Shown: positions 9,369 to 20,200 of the stretch, one piece after another
How positions within the stretch are numbered: position 1 is the first letter of the stretch
Layout: each line of letters begins with the position of its first letter
IMG/VR virus record: IMGVR_UViG_3300020204_004581
DNA from: a virus
DNA length: 64,000 bases
Direction: 5' to 3' (one strand)
The notes under the pieces: generated by a model
What the model was told of the DNA's origin: nothing
Seen by the model: the letters and a program-made list of their open reading frames with translations, nothing else
The model's database searches: none
Translations under genes and position numbers: made by a program

Positions 9369-9526
9369 ATGTCCATATCATCGGGAGCTTTATCAACTAA
9401 ATGTTTTCTCCACCATTTTTTTACAGGATGATTTTCATCTAAATTATCTTCTATAATCTCTGACGCTATAAAAAATACAACTGTAGTGAGAAGTAGAAAT
9501 CCCCAAACCAAAAGTAATGTGATCAT
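9365..9526 (-). CDS. small membrane protein, 53 aa (missed by the ORF track)
   Basis: MITLLLVWGFLLLTTVVFFIASEIIEDNLDENHPVKKWWRKHLVDKAPDDMDI*. It has ATGA overlaps with both flanking genes and fills the gap exactly. Confidence 0.8.
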   Translation of the reverse strand: MITLLLVWGFLLLTTVVFFIASEIIEDNLDENHPVKKWWRKHLVDKAPDDMDI

Positions 9527-9876
9527 TTCCATTTAAATTTTTTAATATAGTGATAATACCTTACGTCAATGTCAAGATACTTCATACGAATTCTTACTTC
9601 ATTTATCACATACTTTCGTAAGATGCGATTGACTTTAATTTTTGAAACATTCTTCTTAAATAATCCAGAATCGTAAAAGTCTTTGACTCTGTTGAAAGTA
9701 AATTTAGCTTTGCCCTCAAACACAACGTCTACTTCATCATAATTGATATATTTCCTGAAGCTGGTAATTATGATATTACCAATCAACTCTTGATTTGTTA
9801 TTGGGATTACTCCCATTTTCGATAACAATTTTTTGTTTGCTTTGAGTTCAGGGGATTGTAGACAATATCGTGCCAT
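9523..9876 (-). CDS. basic hypothetical protein
   Basis: 117-aa ORF with its own promoter immediately upstream. Confidence 0.75.
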   Translation of the reverse strand: MARYCLQSPELKANKKLLSKMGVIPITNQELIGNIIITSFRKYINYDEVDVVFEGKAKFTFNRVKDFYDSGLFKKNVSKIKVNRILRKYVINEVRIRMKYLDIDVRYYHYIKKFKWK

Positions 9877-9883
9877 ATGACTA

Positions 9884-9915
9884 CAAATATAAGTAGATTA
9901 TTTGAATCTACCAAA
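9884..9915 (-). promoter_or_regulatory. Bacteroidota-type promoter with an inverted repeat in the spacer
   Basis: TTTG (9915-9912), N20, TATATTTG (9891-9884). The spacer holds the 7-bp IR gtagatt/aatctac (9893-9899/9905-9911). Confidence 0.7.
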
Positions 9916-10510
9916 TCTGAGTTTGTTTCATATAACCCAAAGCGGCACAGTATGCATCCGTTTGGTCGTAGTTCTCTTTTTTTAGAGTGTTGTTCTTGGT
10001 GTATTGCCACATAACCTGTGGTTCCCTTTTCGCAACTAGTTCCCAAATTATTACTTTTTTATCGATGTCTTTAGGAAACCCTCCAAATAGGACAAATTTA
10101 CCTTTGTCATTTTGTTGCACCAAATGTGGGAAAGCATACTTTCGAGAGTTATAAGTTGAGATAAATTTTGGAACTATTCCAATTGTTTCGTATATTGCAT
10201 TGCAAATGAGAGTATTGTATCTCATGAGAGTTCCAACAGTCCAAATATTATTCGAATTTAACAGAGGTTCTTCAATCACGACGCTTTCAATACCAAGCCC
10301 GTTATAAGATTCGAGTTTTTTCTTGAATATATGTGATTTGAGTATTAATTCCTCAATCTTGTCGTTTACCTTTGGTTTTGGGACAGGGGAGATATGGGTA
10401 AGTTCTAAAAGGCTTTTAGTTTTAATATCGAATAAAGCCCATCCTATTGTTTTGGTAGAGACATCCAATCCCAAAACTTTCGGGGAATCTGCAGATATTT
10501 TTTTTGTCAT
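9908..10510 (-). CDS. RuvC-like Holliday junction resolvase
   Basis: VLGLDVSTKTIGWA, VVIEEP and DQTDA acidic motifs. Confidence 0.85.
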   Translation of the reverse strand: MTKKISADSPKVLGLDVSTKTIGWALFDIKTKSLLELTHISPVPKPKVNDKIEELILKSHIFKKKLESYNGLGIESVVIEEPLLNSNNIWTVGTLMRYNTLICNAIYETIGIVPKFISTYNSRKYAFPHLVQQNDKGKFVLFGGFPKDIDKKVIIWELVAKREPQVMWQYTKNNTLKKENYDQTDAYCAALGYMKQTQIW

Positions 10511-10513
10511 AAA

Positions 10514-12727
10514 TTAGAAATCCAGTTTCACCACATACTGTTGGATTCCCTGTCTAACTTCAGGGGACTGTAGCTTAGATATAACAATAAGGTCTTTATT
10601 TTCATCGTAAAGACCAATTTCAGAAACGTAGGCTGTTGTTCCTGAAGTATAAGTTGGATTTGATGAGTTTGTAAATTGATTCCTACTTAAGTTGATTAGA
10701 TATTTCATTTCGTAAATTGTGGCTTCAATATCAGTTTCAATATTTCCATAAAAGAAATATTCATCTCCAAAGTTCAATAACTGAGACTGACCATTTTCGG
10801 GTAATGCCATATAATCACCCAAGTCGTAAGTTGTTGATAAAGTCTCATATATTTCCTTTGTGATGATAAAAGTGTTACCTGTAAGTCCGGCTTCCGTAAT
10901 ATAGGATCCAATCATTGTCGAGGTCAGATCTGATGTATAATCATAGATCCTCCAATTTGTAGGACTTGGCTTACCTTCTCCAACTACCTTTTGAAATATT
11001 AATTGAAAGTCTGTGGCATTGAAACCATCGAGTGATCCCTGAACCAAATAAGGGAATTCAGCACCAAATCTTACTGTGACATTCTGTGAATCTTGTGTTG
11101 ATCCGGTCGGTCCCTGTATTTTTTGGTAGTAATTACAGTGTAATGTGTCTCCGGTAGCAACAAATCTTGTGGAATCTTGGAAACGGTATGTGACATACAT
11201 AAATTCTGTGGCTGCGGATAAAATGCCTGTGGCTGTTGGATTATCATCAAAACAAACATTTGGACTGAGTCTTGCTAACTTTGGGGCTGGTAAAGTCCAG
11301 TTTCTATTTGATTTATAAGATATTGCTGCGCATATTTCTTCGTCATCAAATACTATTGTCTGTTGATCAGGGAAAACTCTACCGACTCTATTTAAATTAT
11401 CATTATCATCAGGATGGAGATCATATAAGTAATAATATCTAATTCCTGGATCATTCATGTCCAAATTTACAGATGATTTCAAATAATATTCTTCAAATAA
11501 TTCTTCATAGTTTGGTGGCTCAACATAAAATGTTTCTCCAAACGTAGATCCATCATTTTTGTGCCAAAGTAAGGTTGGTAAAGAAATTTTGAAATGTCTT
11601 GCTAAACCTGTATTATCACCAGGGTTCAATGGATCCTGAGGTAATAGAGCAAATTTTTCACCATATACGTTGTCTATAGATTGATTAGTATAATGAACTA
11701 TAGCAATACATTTTTGATTATTTGGACTTACTATTACTTTTTCGTCGAACGAGTTGTAGTAAAATACTTCTCCTGTATCTGTACCACCACTTGTGTTTTG
11801 ATAATTCCAATATTCTTTTGATCCGATATAACCTACAGATCCATAAGTCGTATAGTCCTCATAGACATTACTCAATAGACCGGCTGGGTCTTCTGACCAA
11901 GGAATATTCATATTCCAAATCTTAGTATCTTCAAGAGAAACATCACAAGGACTTTCAAAGTTGATTGTATCTATTTCCCAATTTGGCATTGGAGTCAGGG
12001 AATCATAAAGTTCTGTCATACCTGAAGGGTATATTATTACTTTTGCGATTGCTAACGGATCAGCTGTTGTGTATATTGGAGATGGTCTATCTAACGTGAA
12101 CTCAGCATTTCCTGTTAATGTTCCGCCGGTGGCTTGAATTCTATAAGTCAAAATTGGTGATCCTGAAAACGAATAACATGATCCATTTCCATCAAGATAA
12201 ATCACAGCTATATCACCAACGGCTGTAGTTCCTGTCGCCGGTTCTTGGTCTAATGATGAACATGAACCTGGTGTGTAATTCACACTTATTACGGTGCCTC
12301 CAGTCAAACCAGTCATTGACATTTCGTATACCGAGTTTATAGTGTATGCCGAACTAAATTGTCTGTACCAAGATGATGTTGAACCTGTGAAGAATCCTTT
12401 TACGCCTGCTGAGTTGTATACAGGTTCTATAACGGAATCCATATATGGTATACCATAAGTGTTACCTGAATTACCCTGAACATAGAATGGATATTTTACG
12501 TTCTGTTTGTTTGACTCAGGAACCCCTGTATCGTTTTGGGAGTTCCAAGCGGGCATCAATATTGAGTTGTTTGTTGAGTTGTAATTTGGTACTGCATTAT
12601 AACTTACTTCACTGTCTCCGATTTGAAAGAAAGCGATTCTGAAATTACCCTGTGAAATTTTTCTCCTTCCTACATCAGTAAGTCTTGTGTTGATTAAGGC
12701 GGCGGTATTTTTAATTATGTAACTCAT
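10514..12727 (-). CDS. virion structural protein (baseplate / tail-fibre attachment-like)
   Basis: N-terminal LTDVGR..FQIGDS and C-terminal YVSEIGLYDENKDLIVISKL resemble tail-collar/fibre-attachment motifs. Preceded by the TATTTAT motif. Confidence 0.6.
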   Translation of the reverse strand: MSYIIKNTAALINTRLTDVGRRKISQGNFRIAFFQIGDSEVSYNAVPNYNSTNNSILMPAWNSQNDTGVPESNKQNVKYPFYVQGNSGNTYGIPYMDSVIEPVYNSAGVKGFFTGSTSSWYRQFSSAYTINSVYEMSMTGLTGGTVISVNYTPGSCSSLDQEPATGTTAVGDIAVIYLDGNGSCYSFSGSPILTYRIQATGGTLTGNAEFTLDRPSPIYTTADPLAIAKVIIYPSGMTELYDSLTPMPNWEIDTINFESPCDVSLEDTKIWNMNIPWSEDPAGLLSNVYEDYTTYGSVGYIGSKEYWNYQNTSGGTDTGEVFYYNSFDEKVIVSPNNQKCIAIVHYTNQSIDNVYGEKFALLPQDPLNPGDNTGLARHFKISLPTLLWHKNDGSTFGETFYVEPPNYEELFEEYYLKSSVNLDMNDPGIRYYYLYDLHPDDNDNLNRVGRVFPDQQTIVFDDEEICAAISYKSNRNWTLPAPKLARLSPNVCFDDNPTATGILSAATEFMYVTYRFQDSTRFVATGDTLHCNYYQKIQGPTGSTQDSQNVTVRFGAEFPYLVQGSLDGFNATDFQLIFQKVVGEGKPSPTNWRIYDYTSDLTSTMIGSYITEAGLTGNTFIITKEIYETLSTTYDLGDYMALPENGQSQLLNFGDEYFFYGNIETDIEATIYEMKYLINLSRNQFTNSSNPTYTSGTTAYVSEIGLYDENKDLIVISKLQSPEVRQGIQQYVVKLDF

Positions 12728-12733
12728 TTTTTA

Positions 12734-12740
12734 ATAAATA
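12734..12740 (-). promoter_or_regulatory. TATTTAT(A) putative phage late-promoter motif
   Basis: Same motif precedes many structural gene starts (see findings). Confidence 0.55.
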
Positions 12741-12743
12741 TAA

Positions 12744-15700
12744 TTACACCTGATTCTGTGATAGACCAATAATTACACCTGTTACTGGATTTATATCATA
12801 ATTTGCACTATTCATGAAAATATTAGTGTATCCAATTAGTGGTGTACCTAAAGGGTCTATAAAAACAGGACACAAGCTCGTTAGTGAAAGTGAATTACAG
12901 GTCGAGTAGAAGGTTCTACTATTAATAGTTGCATCGTTACCTGCTTCGCTTGGGGTATTTCCACGACCACATCCCTCAAAAACGTTCAAATTGAAACATT
13001 CTGTTTGACAATCTATCAGGTTTGTAATTAGACCTGTTGAGTCAACCTGAACTACATCATAATCTGTCGGAGTGGATCCACCCCAAAATATTTTATAATA
13101 TTCTGATCCTCCGTCAAATGGCGAAGTCAATATTCCGTCAGTATTCGCCGTGTAAAGAATTGTCAGGGTAGAAATTGTGTTATCATAACTGAATACTGTT
13201 GTTGGTAATGATCTAAGCTGACAAACATCACATATATTTTCTCCACCGTCAGAAAGATAAGATGTGTTGATAACTATCGGTTCATCATCGTCCCCCCCAT
13301 CTTTGTACTCAACTATATGACTACCAATCCCACCAAAAACTTTCAATGCAGTGATATTACAACAATTACAATTGGTTAATATTGGTGATTGTGCCAATAC
13401 AACTATGGTTTGTTCAACTCTGGTCGCACATCCATTAGATGCTATCGTTGGAGTCGTTAGGGTAATCAGTGAGACAGATGTTCCTGAAATGATATCCCCT
13501 CTTTGAATTGATAATGAATATATTGAAGATTTACTTTCTTCAAATCTTGTATGTGGATCACAGTTTGGTCTTGTTGTTGTGTTATCTGTTGTGGTAATAT
13601 TTGTTGTTGTCACGGTAGTCCCGTTCTTTTTCACAGTTGTATTAGGAACTGATATTCCACTTCCGGGACCATCGATGATTTTGAAATCATTGACTGATAA
13701 ATCAAAGTTCAATATTACCCCTATTGGTAATTCAGGTGATACTTCCACACACCATGAACCTTGATAGTTGTAATTTGATATTTCTGTCACGCCACTTGTA
13801 CTTACGCTTATCTGATAGGATATTGCGCTGAAGTCGGCAGTCACAGTAGCTTGTCTCGAGGAGGTAGATCCTGCACTATCCCTAACTACTACTGTGTAAT
13901 TACCATTTCTAAGTTGCCCGAATACGTTTGCTGAACTAAATGTCTGACCATTATCAATTGAGTAGGTATAAGGTGCTACTCCACCTACTGCTGATATTGT
14001 AATACCACCATCATAGGGTGGTGTATCACCACATGTCGTAGAATCTGTTGTAATTCTTATTGTAAGTGGTGCTGAATTAGGACATGTTCCCTGTGTTACG
14101 GTTACCGTGGCTTGTTGTGGATTACCCTCGCTTTGCCATCCCGTTGTTGGAATGTTTGTTGATACGTTGCAAATCAAAGTTCCAGTATAACCCCAATAAT
14201 ACATCTGCCATCTTGAAAGTTGAATGTTCCAACGTAAGTAGGTTGTATCCACACCATTAAAGTAACTCCATTGTGGCTTTCCATTGTATGATCCAATCCA
14301 ATTGAATTGAAGTGGTCCAATAAGTGATCCTGTTCCATAATCAACAAAGAAACAAAGATTTGGATAAACTGGACTAGGTGTCATAGTAGGCGTTGCTGTA
14401 GCAGAAGCGGTTGGTGTTGGACTTGGTGCAAATATTGAACAAACAGTGTTTGCTGTATAATCACCATAAAAGTCAACGACAGTCACCGCGTAATTTCCTT
14501 GTTGCATTCCAACAAGTGTCTGACCTACTTGTCCATTTTCCCAGCTCACACTGTAAGGTGCAGAGCCACCTGTGATTATAAGAGATAATACACCGTCCTG
14601 TGAAGTTGTTGTACTTGGATTTATAACATTACACAGGATACCCATAGGGAAGATTGTGACAACTTCACAATCATTTTTTCTCACATAAACCTCTGGTGAT
14701 GTGGGTGTTAGAGTTGTCGTAGGTGTTGGAGAACATGTTTTTGTAAGGGTTGGTGTGTTCGATGGCGTAATAGAAGGAGTTGGTGTTTGGCTCTTTGTTG
14801 GTGTAGTTGTAGGTGTCACACAAACAACTGGTGTAGATTCGTAAAGTAAATTTATCCCGATGTATGGTTTGGTATAGTCAAGAACCACAAGTAATTTAGT
14901 TTCTGATCCACTAATTAGATTACCACAACAATCATAATAGTAGTGATTACCTGTCGTGAATCCAGATCCACATACGATTGGAGTTTGTGTTGGAGTTGAA
15001 GTTAAAGTAGTTGTTGGTGTCAAAGTGGGTGTGTTTGATGGTGTTTGAGTTGGGCTAGAGGTGATTGAAGGTGTTAGAGTCGGTGTGGGTGATCCTGTTG
15101 GTGTTGAGGTTGGTGTTGGAGCAATTCCTGTACAACAAGGTCCTATGCCTAAGATTGTAAATGCTGCTGATCCTGTTATTGTATCTTTATTAATACATGT
15201 AGCAAGACCAATTGATTGAATGCCAACACTCACAGATTCGTATTTAGTTATGTTGAAACAATCTAAATAAGATACCGTGCCTGCAAATGTTACATCTATA
15301 CTTACATATTCAACACATCCTTCGACACAAGGTGTTGTACTTGGTGTTGGTGTGATTGTTGGTGTTTGAGTTTGAGTATTAGTTGGTGTATTTGTCGGAG
15401 TCTGTGTTTGAGTTGGTGTATTTGTCGGAGTCTGTGTTTGAGTTGGTGTATTTGTCGGAGTCTGTGTTTGTGTTAGTGTGGTTGTTTGGGTTGGAGTTGG
15501 TGTTTGTGTAGGGGTATTAGTAGGGGTTTCAGTTTGAGTCGGTGTATTTGTGGGTGTCTCAGTGAGAGTTGGTGTAGGGGTAGGAGTAGAAGTCTCGGTC
15601 TCTGTTGGTGTTGGTGTTGGTGCAACAGTGCACGTACAATCGTCGTGCCATGAAATAACATCATTCGTATTAATGACCAATGATGGTGAGACGTTGTCAA

Positions 15701-16175
15701 AACATTGTGGGGTGCCTCCACAATCAGTGTGTGGTGCTTCATCACAATACCCAAATAGATGTGTGTTTGTTGATGTAGTGTAAAGTTCTCGGAAATACTT
15801 TAATGAACTTGGAGACCCACATAATAATGCAGATAAATAAACGTAATATGGTCCTAATTTAGCAGTTATCGTGACATCATCGCTAGTTGTGACATTTATA
15901 GTGGAAAAATCATATACTCCGTCCCCTGTCCAAGATAATTGTTCTTGCCAAATACCATTCTTGAAAAGAATTAGATATGGTGTAGGGTCTGTACATCCCG
16001 TCCATCCAACTTCAATTACACCTGAGAAATTTGCAGTATTCCCTGACACTTCATTTGTACCCTCGTTGTAATCTATAGGAAACGAACCGTAAGTAAGGGT
16101 GTATAATGAGGGCGTAATACCAGTTATTTGACCGGTGGATAAGGAACTATCGTAAAAGGCAGAGAAAACCCCCAT
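12744..16175 (-). CDS. Pro/Thr-rich, Cys-rich virion surface protein with SprB-like repeats
   Basis: Long TPTPT linkers, GGSAPYSVSW and GGVAPYTYSIDNG repeats, Cys modules. Confidence 0.75.
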   Translation of the reverse strand: MGVFSAFYDSSLSTGQITGITPSLYTLTYGSFPIDYNEGTNEVSGNTANFSGVIEVGWTGCTDPTPYLILFKNGIWQEQLSWTGDGVYDFSTINVTTSDDVTITAKLGPYYVYLSALLCGSPSSLKYFRELYTTSTNTHLFGYCDEAPHTDCGGTPQCFDNVSPSLVINTNDVISWHDDCTCTVAPTPTPTETETSTPTPTPTLTETPTNTPTQTETPTNTPTQTPTPTQTTTLTQTQTPTNTPTQTQTPTNTPTQTQTPTNTPTNTQTQTPTITPTPSTTPCVEGCVEYVSIDVTFAGTVSYLDCFNITKYESVSVGIQSIGLATCINKDTITGSAAFTILGIGPCCTGIAPTPTSTPTGSPTPTLTPSITSSPTQTPSNTPTLTPTTTLTSTPTQTPIVCGSGFTTGNHYYYDCCGNLISGSETKLLVVLDYTKPYIGINLLYESTPVVCVTPTTTPTKSQTPTPSITPSNTPTLTKTCSPTPTTTLTPTSPEVYVRKNDCEVVTIFPMGILCNVINPSTTTSQDGVLSLIITGGSAPYSVSWENGQVGQTLVGMQQGNYAVTVVDFYGDYTANTVCSIFAPSPTPTASATATPTMTPSPVYPNLCFFVDYGTGSLIGPLQFNWIGSYNGKPQWSYFNGVDTTYLRWNIQLSRWQMYYWGYTGTLICNVSTNIPTTGWQSEGNPQQATVTVTQGTCPNSAPLTIRITTDSTTCGDTPPYDGGITISAVGGVAPYTYSIDNGQTFSSANVFGQLRNGNYTVVVRDSAGSTSSRQATVTADFSAISYQISVSTSGVTEISNYNYQGSWCVEVSPELPIGVILNFDLSVNDFKIIDGPGSGISVPNTTVKKNGTTVTTTNITTTDNTTTRPNCDPHTRFEESKSSIYSLSIQRGDIISGTSVSLITLTTPTIASNGCATRVEQTIVVLAQSPILTNCNCCNITALKVFGGIGSHIVEYKDGGDDDEPIVINTSYLSDGGENICDVCQLRSLPTTVFSYDNTISTLTILYTANTDGILTSPFDGGSEYYKIFWGGSTPTDYDVVQVDSTGLITNLIDCQTECFNLNVFEGCGRGNTPSEAGNDATINSRTFYSTCNSLSLTSLCPVFIDPLGTPLIGYTNIFMNSANYDINPVTGVIIGLSQNQV
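15385..15475 (-). repeat. 30-nt coding tandem repeat (about 3 copies, TQTQTPTNTP)
   Basis: ggtgtatttgtcggagtctgtgtttgagtt repeated on the plus strand. Confidence 0.8.
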
Positions 16176-16189
16176 TAGAATTTATTTAC

Positions 16190-16197
16190 TATAAATA
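16190..16197 (-). promoter_or_regulatory. TATTTATA putative late-promoter motif
   Basis: Lies 15 nt upstream of ATG 16175. Confidence 0.6.
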
Positions 16198-16327
16198 ACT
16201 TGATTGAAGTTTTTATACACTTAGAAATATAATCTCTTAACTTCTTAAATAAAGGAAGGATTTGGTGCTGTAAACAGGCCATTTACTTGATAATTATAAT
16301 CCCAAAGAATATTTTTTGAATAACTTA

Positions 16328-17038
16328 TCAAGGTGTTGTTGTAGGAGTGGGAGTAAATGTTGCAGTAACGCTAGGTGTAGGTGACTGAGACGGACCATAA
16401 GCGTAATCAATAATTTGTCCTACAGTATTAATTTGTACTGCCCATATTTCACTGTTGAACATCATAAGTCTCCATTGATTGTTACCATTGACAGGATTGA
16501 ATAATGAGTCATTCACGGCTTGACTATAAACAACTGCACCTATAACAGGTGTCAAGTAGGAAGCTGAAATATAAGTGTACCAAAACAATCCATAATTAAA
16601 ATAATCGGTAAAAGCCAAAGCAGCTGTTGGATGATAAGCATTTCCGAAATTGTGTGAAACCCATACAGCTGTTGTTGAAAGAGTTGGAGTTACGGTGGGA
16701 GACTGCGTTTGCGTTTGTGTGTTTGTTGGAGTTAAGGTCAAGGTGGTCGAAGGGGTTATAGTTGGTGTTGCGGTTTGAGTTGGTGTAATCGTTGGCGAAG
16801 GTGTGATGGAAGGTGTTGGTGTTGGTGTTACTGCTTCAACTTCGGAATGTTCACAACCCTCTGTATCTATAATTTTTACAATAAAATCAGAACTTGATAA
16901 TGAATCAGGAGCAAAAAATGTATATGGGAAGGTTGATACTGTTGAGATGTAAGTACAGGGACTACCGGATAGTTCACAACAATATATTTCTACAGGAGTG
17001 TTTGCGGTTACGGACGTTATGGTTATTTCTAATGGCAT
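16328..17038 (-). CDS. Pro/Thr-linker virion protein with a small N-terminal beta domain
   Basis: ATG 17038 (MPLEITITS) overlaps the upstream TAA; TPTPT linker. Confidence 0.75.
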   Translation of the reverse strand: MPLEITITSVTANTPVEIYCCELSGSPCTYISTVSTFPYTFFAPDSLSSSDFIVKIIDTEGCEHSEVEAVTPTPTPSITPSPTITPTQTATPTITPSTTLTLTPTNTQTQTQSPTVTPTLSTTAVWVSHNFGNAYHPTAALAFTDYFNYGLFWYTYISASYLTPVIGAVVYSQAVNDSLFNPVNGNNQWRLMMFNSEIWAVQINTVGQIIDYAYGPSQSPTPSVTATFTPTPTTTP

Positions 17039-17262
17039 TATACTATCGAGGTACCTGAAATTATACACTCATTCCTATCAATTAATTTAATCATATAAGC
17101 TGGTGAGACATCATACGGTATCGGTATGTCAAATTCATAAGGAATCTGTGAGTCCAATATTGTTGTGATGTAAAAACAAGAAGTGTTGTTAGGTTGACAC
17201 ACATACACGTCATAGGGCTCTAGTCCCCCTGTCACACCGTTTATGAAAACTCTAACTGCCAT
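17038..17262 (-). CDS. small beta-domain protein (paralog of the N-terminus of 16328..17038 and of 39546..39920)
   Basis: Shared (I/F)xxVTG..P..VY.C ... I/LK.ID...C pattern. Confidence 0.75.
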   Translation of the reverse strand: MAVRVFINGVTGGLEPYDVYVCQPNNTSCFYITTILDSQIPYEFDIPIPYDVSPAYMIKLIDRNECIISGTSIV

Positions 17263-17276
17263 ATCTTAAATATTTT

Positions 17277-20200
17277 TTATTCAAAGTTGTTTATAACGGT
17301 GTCACCTTGGTTTATGTCGCCTGATGATCCTGAACCTCTGTCATCTTGGGGTACATAGGGATTAGTTCCAAGTTCTTGTCCATCAGTAATTTTAATTTGT
17401 TGGTTTTGGAAACAAGTATTACAATCTATGAATGTACTTTCCCAAGTATACGCTTGTGAATTTGTAATTTGTATAAAGATATAAGGTTCATAAACAATTC
17501 CCTGATCCGAAATTACTGTGTAACAGTTCGCGTTTTCTTTAACTGATACTGTATCACCAATGTTCAGTTCTCCAGTTGTAAATTGTTTATACATTGGCAT
17601 GTTTGTTACTTGTGCATCGTCTGCATTACATGTTGAAATTGTGTACTGATAGTACAAAGGACAAGTGTCACAATCATAATCCGCATTTATCAGTGGTATT
17701 TGCAGAATGTTATTTGTAGTTTGCTCTGATATTATTGCTGTTATTCTTCCACAGAACATATCAGTTGCGATATTATTTGTATCATATGAGATTACAACAC
17801 ATACATCATTGACTGTAGGATTTAAGGAGGTGGTTACTTGTCTTGATCCTGATACCCCGAGCTCGAAGAAATCAATTGTAATTGTTGTGGTCCCCAAATC
17901 ACAAGACTTAGCAACGAAAGTTGTGTTATCATCACATCTTTGTAGTTCATAATAGATGTAATTTACACATGGGTCTATTTCAGGTACGCTAGCAGCTACC
18001 TCACAACTTGAATAAACGAAATTGATAGCATCCGTAAAATAGTTACCCTCGAATGTTAGACTATCCACACCAAATGGTGCAATATATCTTGTATTAAATT
18101 GACCAAGATACTTCCACGCAGTTCCATTAGCATCTTTGAATACTGTAAGTTCAGTTGTCAAGAAAGGCACTCGTATGGTTTGGATAACCTGAACTTTTTT
18201 CGGTACTTTAGTTCTTATTGGATTACATGATTCATATACATAAACGTATTGAGGTGTGGGTGAAGGTGTAGGTGTCATTGATGTTGTAGGTGTATGTGTT
18301 GGCGTTTCAGTTGGTGTTAAAGATGCCGTTGGGGATGGAGTTGATCCAAAGCTAGGTGTTTGACTTGGAGTGGATGTTAAAGTTGGTGTTTGACTCGGCG
18401 TTCCTCCAGGTGTCCTCGTTGGTGTTTGTGTTAATGTTTGTGTACAAGTCGGTGTTGGAGTAAGAACAGGATTACAAAATCCACATTGCGGATAAAGTTC
18501 CAACACCTCTTCCACCCACACATTTCCAGATCCCTGTCTGTCAGTTGTATACGTAACACAAGTCGGTGTACCATCTATAACAGCTAGCATTGTTGTTCCT
18601 GATATTATAGGAATAAGGCCTGATCCTCCTACAAAATTTAATGCTTGAGATGTATAAACCTCAGATTGATCATCACATTTAACCAACACCTTAACTTTAG
18701 TTGAACATATAATATTATCACGAAGGATTACTGTTGAAACAGCATCTACAATTTCCACAGTTCTTGTTAGTGTTATAGTAGGAGTAACAGGTACTGGTGA
18801 TTCAGAAGGAGGAGTAAACCCTGATAATGAAAAGTTAAGACTTGTACTGCACACAGGGTTTTGTGATGGTGTCGGTGTAACTCCAATTCCTGTAATATCA
18901 AAATCAACCAATGAACATGGGACAGATGGCGTAGGCGTTGGTATGGGTTCATAGTCACAGTCAAAATACGCTGTGAAATCTAATATTGTACAATCTGCTG
19001 GCGATGGTGTAGGTGTTGGACACACTCCACCAGTAAAAAATTCAGATGATATATCAGGACATGCCGAATAGCATGGACTGTTACCATTTAATATACAAGT
19101 TCCACCTAAAGTTTCAGATAAACACCAATAACTTTCTGTTACCGCTGTGTATTGGTATATGAAGGCATTTGTGATCCCGTCACCAGAATAATAAGTTCTT
19201 CCATTGTAGGTACCGGCTGAGAAATAATTTCCATTATAATCTGTCAACGCAGAGAAAGATGTTCTTAAACAGAATTCCTCGTAAGGACACATCAGGGGAG
19301 TAGTCGATGGTGTTGGGGTCAAAGTTGGTGTCAAGAACGGACTTGATGTGATTGTTGGTGTTGGGGTTATACAAGGAAAAGCCTCGATAGCCTTTTCACA
19401 AGTCCCATAGTCAGGTAAGCCTAAGAAAGGACCGCCAGGACCTCCGAACCTGATGAAGTAATATGATCTATTATTGAATCTATAAACAACCCCGACGGCA
19501 GCATCCCCTGATGCGGTGTTTTGATCAACGAGGGCAAAGAATATTTCACCAGTACAACAATCTGCTAAGGTAGCCGCAGAGTAACAAACCGGAACAGAAC
19601 ATATATCTGAAGATATTGTGATACCCACATAAGGGAAATTGGTGTCGACACAAATAGGTAAGCCTATATCTGTTCCCGTAATGAAATCTCCACAACAGTC
19701 AGTATAAGACCAAGGATTGGATGAGGTTGTTGCAGAATAACAATCGACCGTGGGTACGACGGGTGTTTGTGTCGGTGTTGGAGTAGGTGAAGTATCAATC
19801 GTAGGTGTGGGGGTTTGAGTGGGGGTTTGAGTTTGGGTAGTTGTTATAGAAGGTGTTGGTGTTTGGGTAGTTGTTATAGAAGGTGTTGGTGTTTGTGTCT
19901 GGCTAGCTGTTATAGAAGATGTTGGAGTAGGTGAAGCACCAATTGAGGATGTGGGGGTTTGAGTTTGGGTGGGTGTTTGTGTTTGGCTAGCTGTAATGGA
20001 AGGTGTAGGTGTTTGAGTTGATGTTTGTGTATTGGTCGGTGTTTGTGTTTGGCTAGCTGTAATGGAAGGTGTAGGTGTATTGGTCGGTGTTTGTGTTTGG
20101 CTAGCTGTAATGGAAGGTGTAGGTGTTTGGGTTATGGTTGGTGTTTGAGTTGGTGTTGGGCAGGTAATACATGCTGAGCATCCGCCTGGATCTTTTATGA

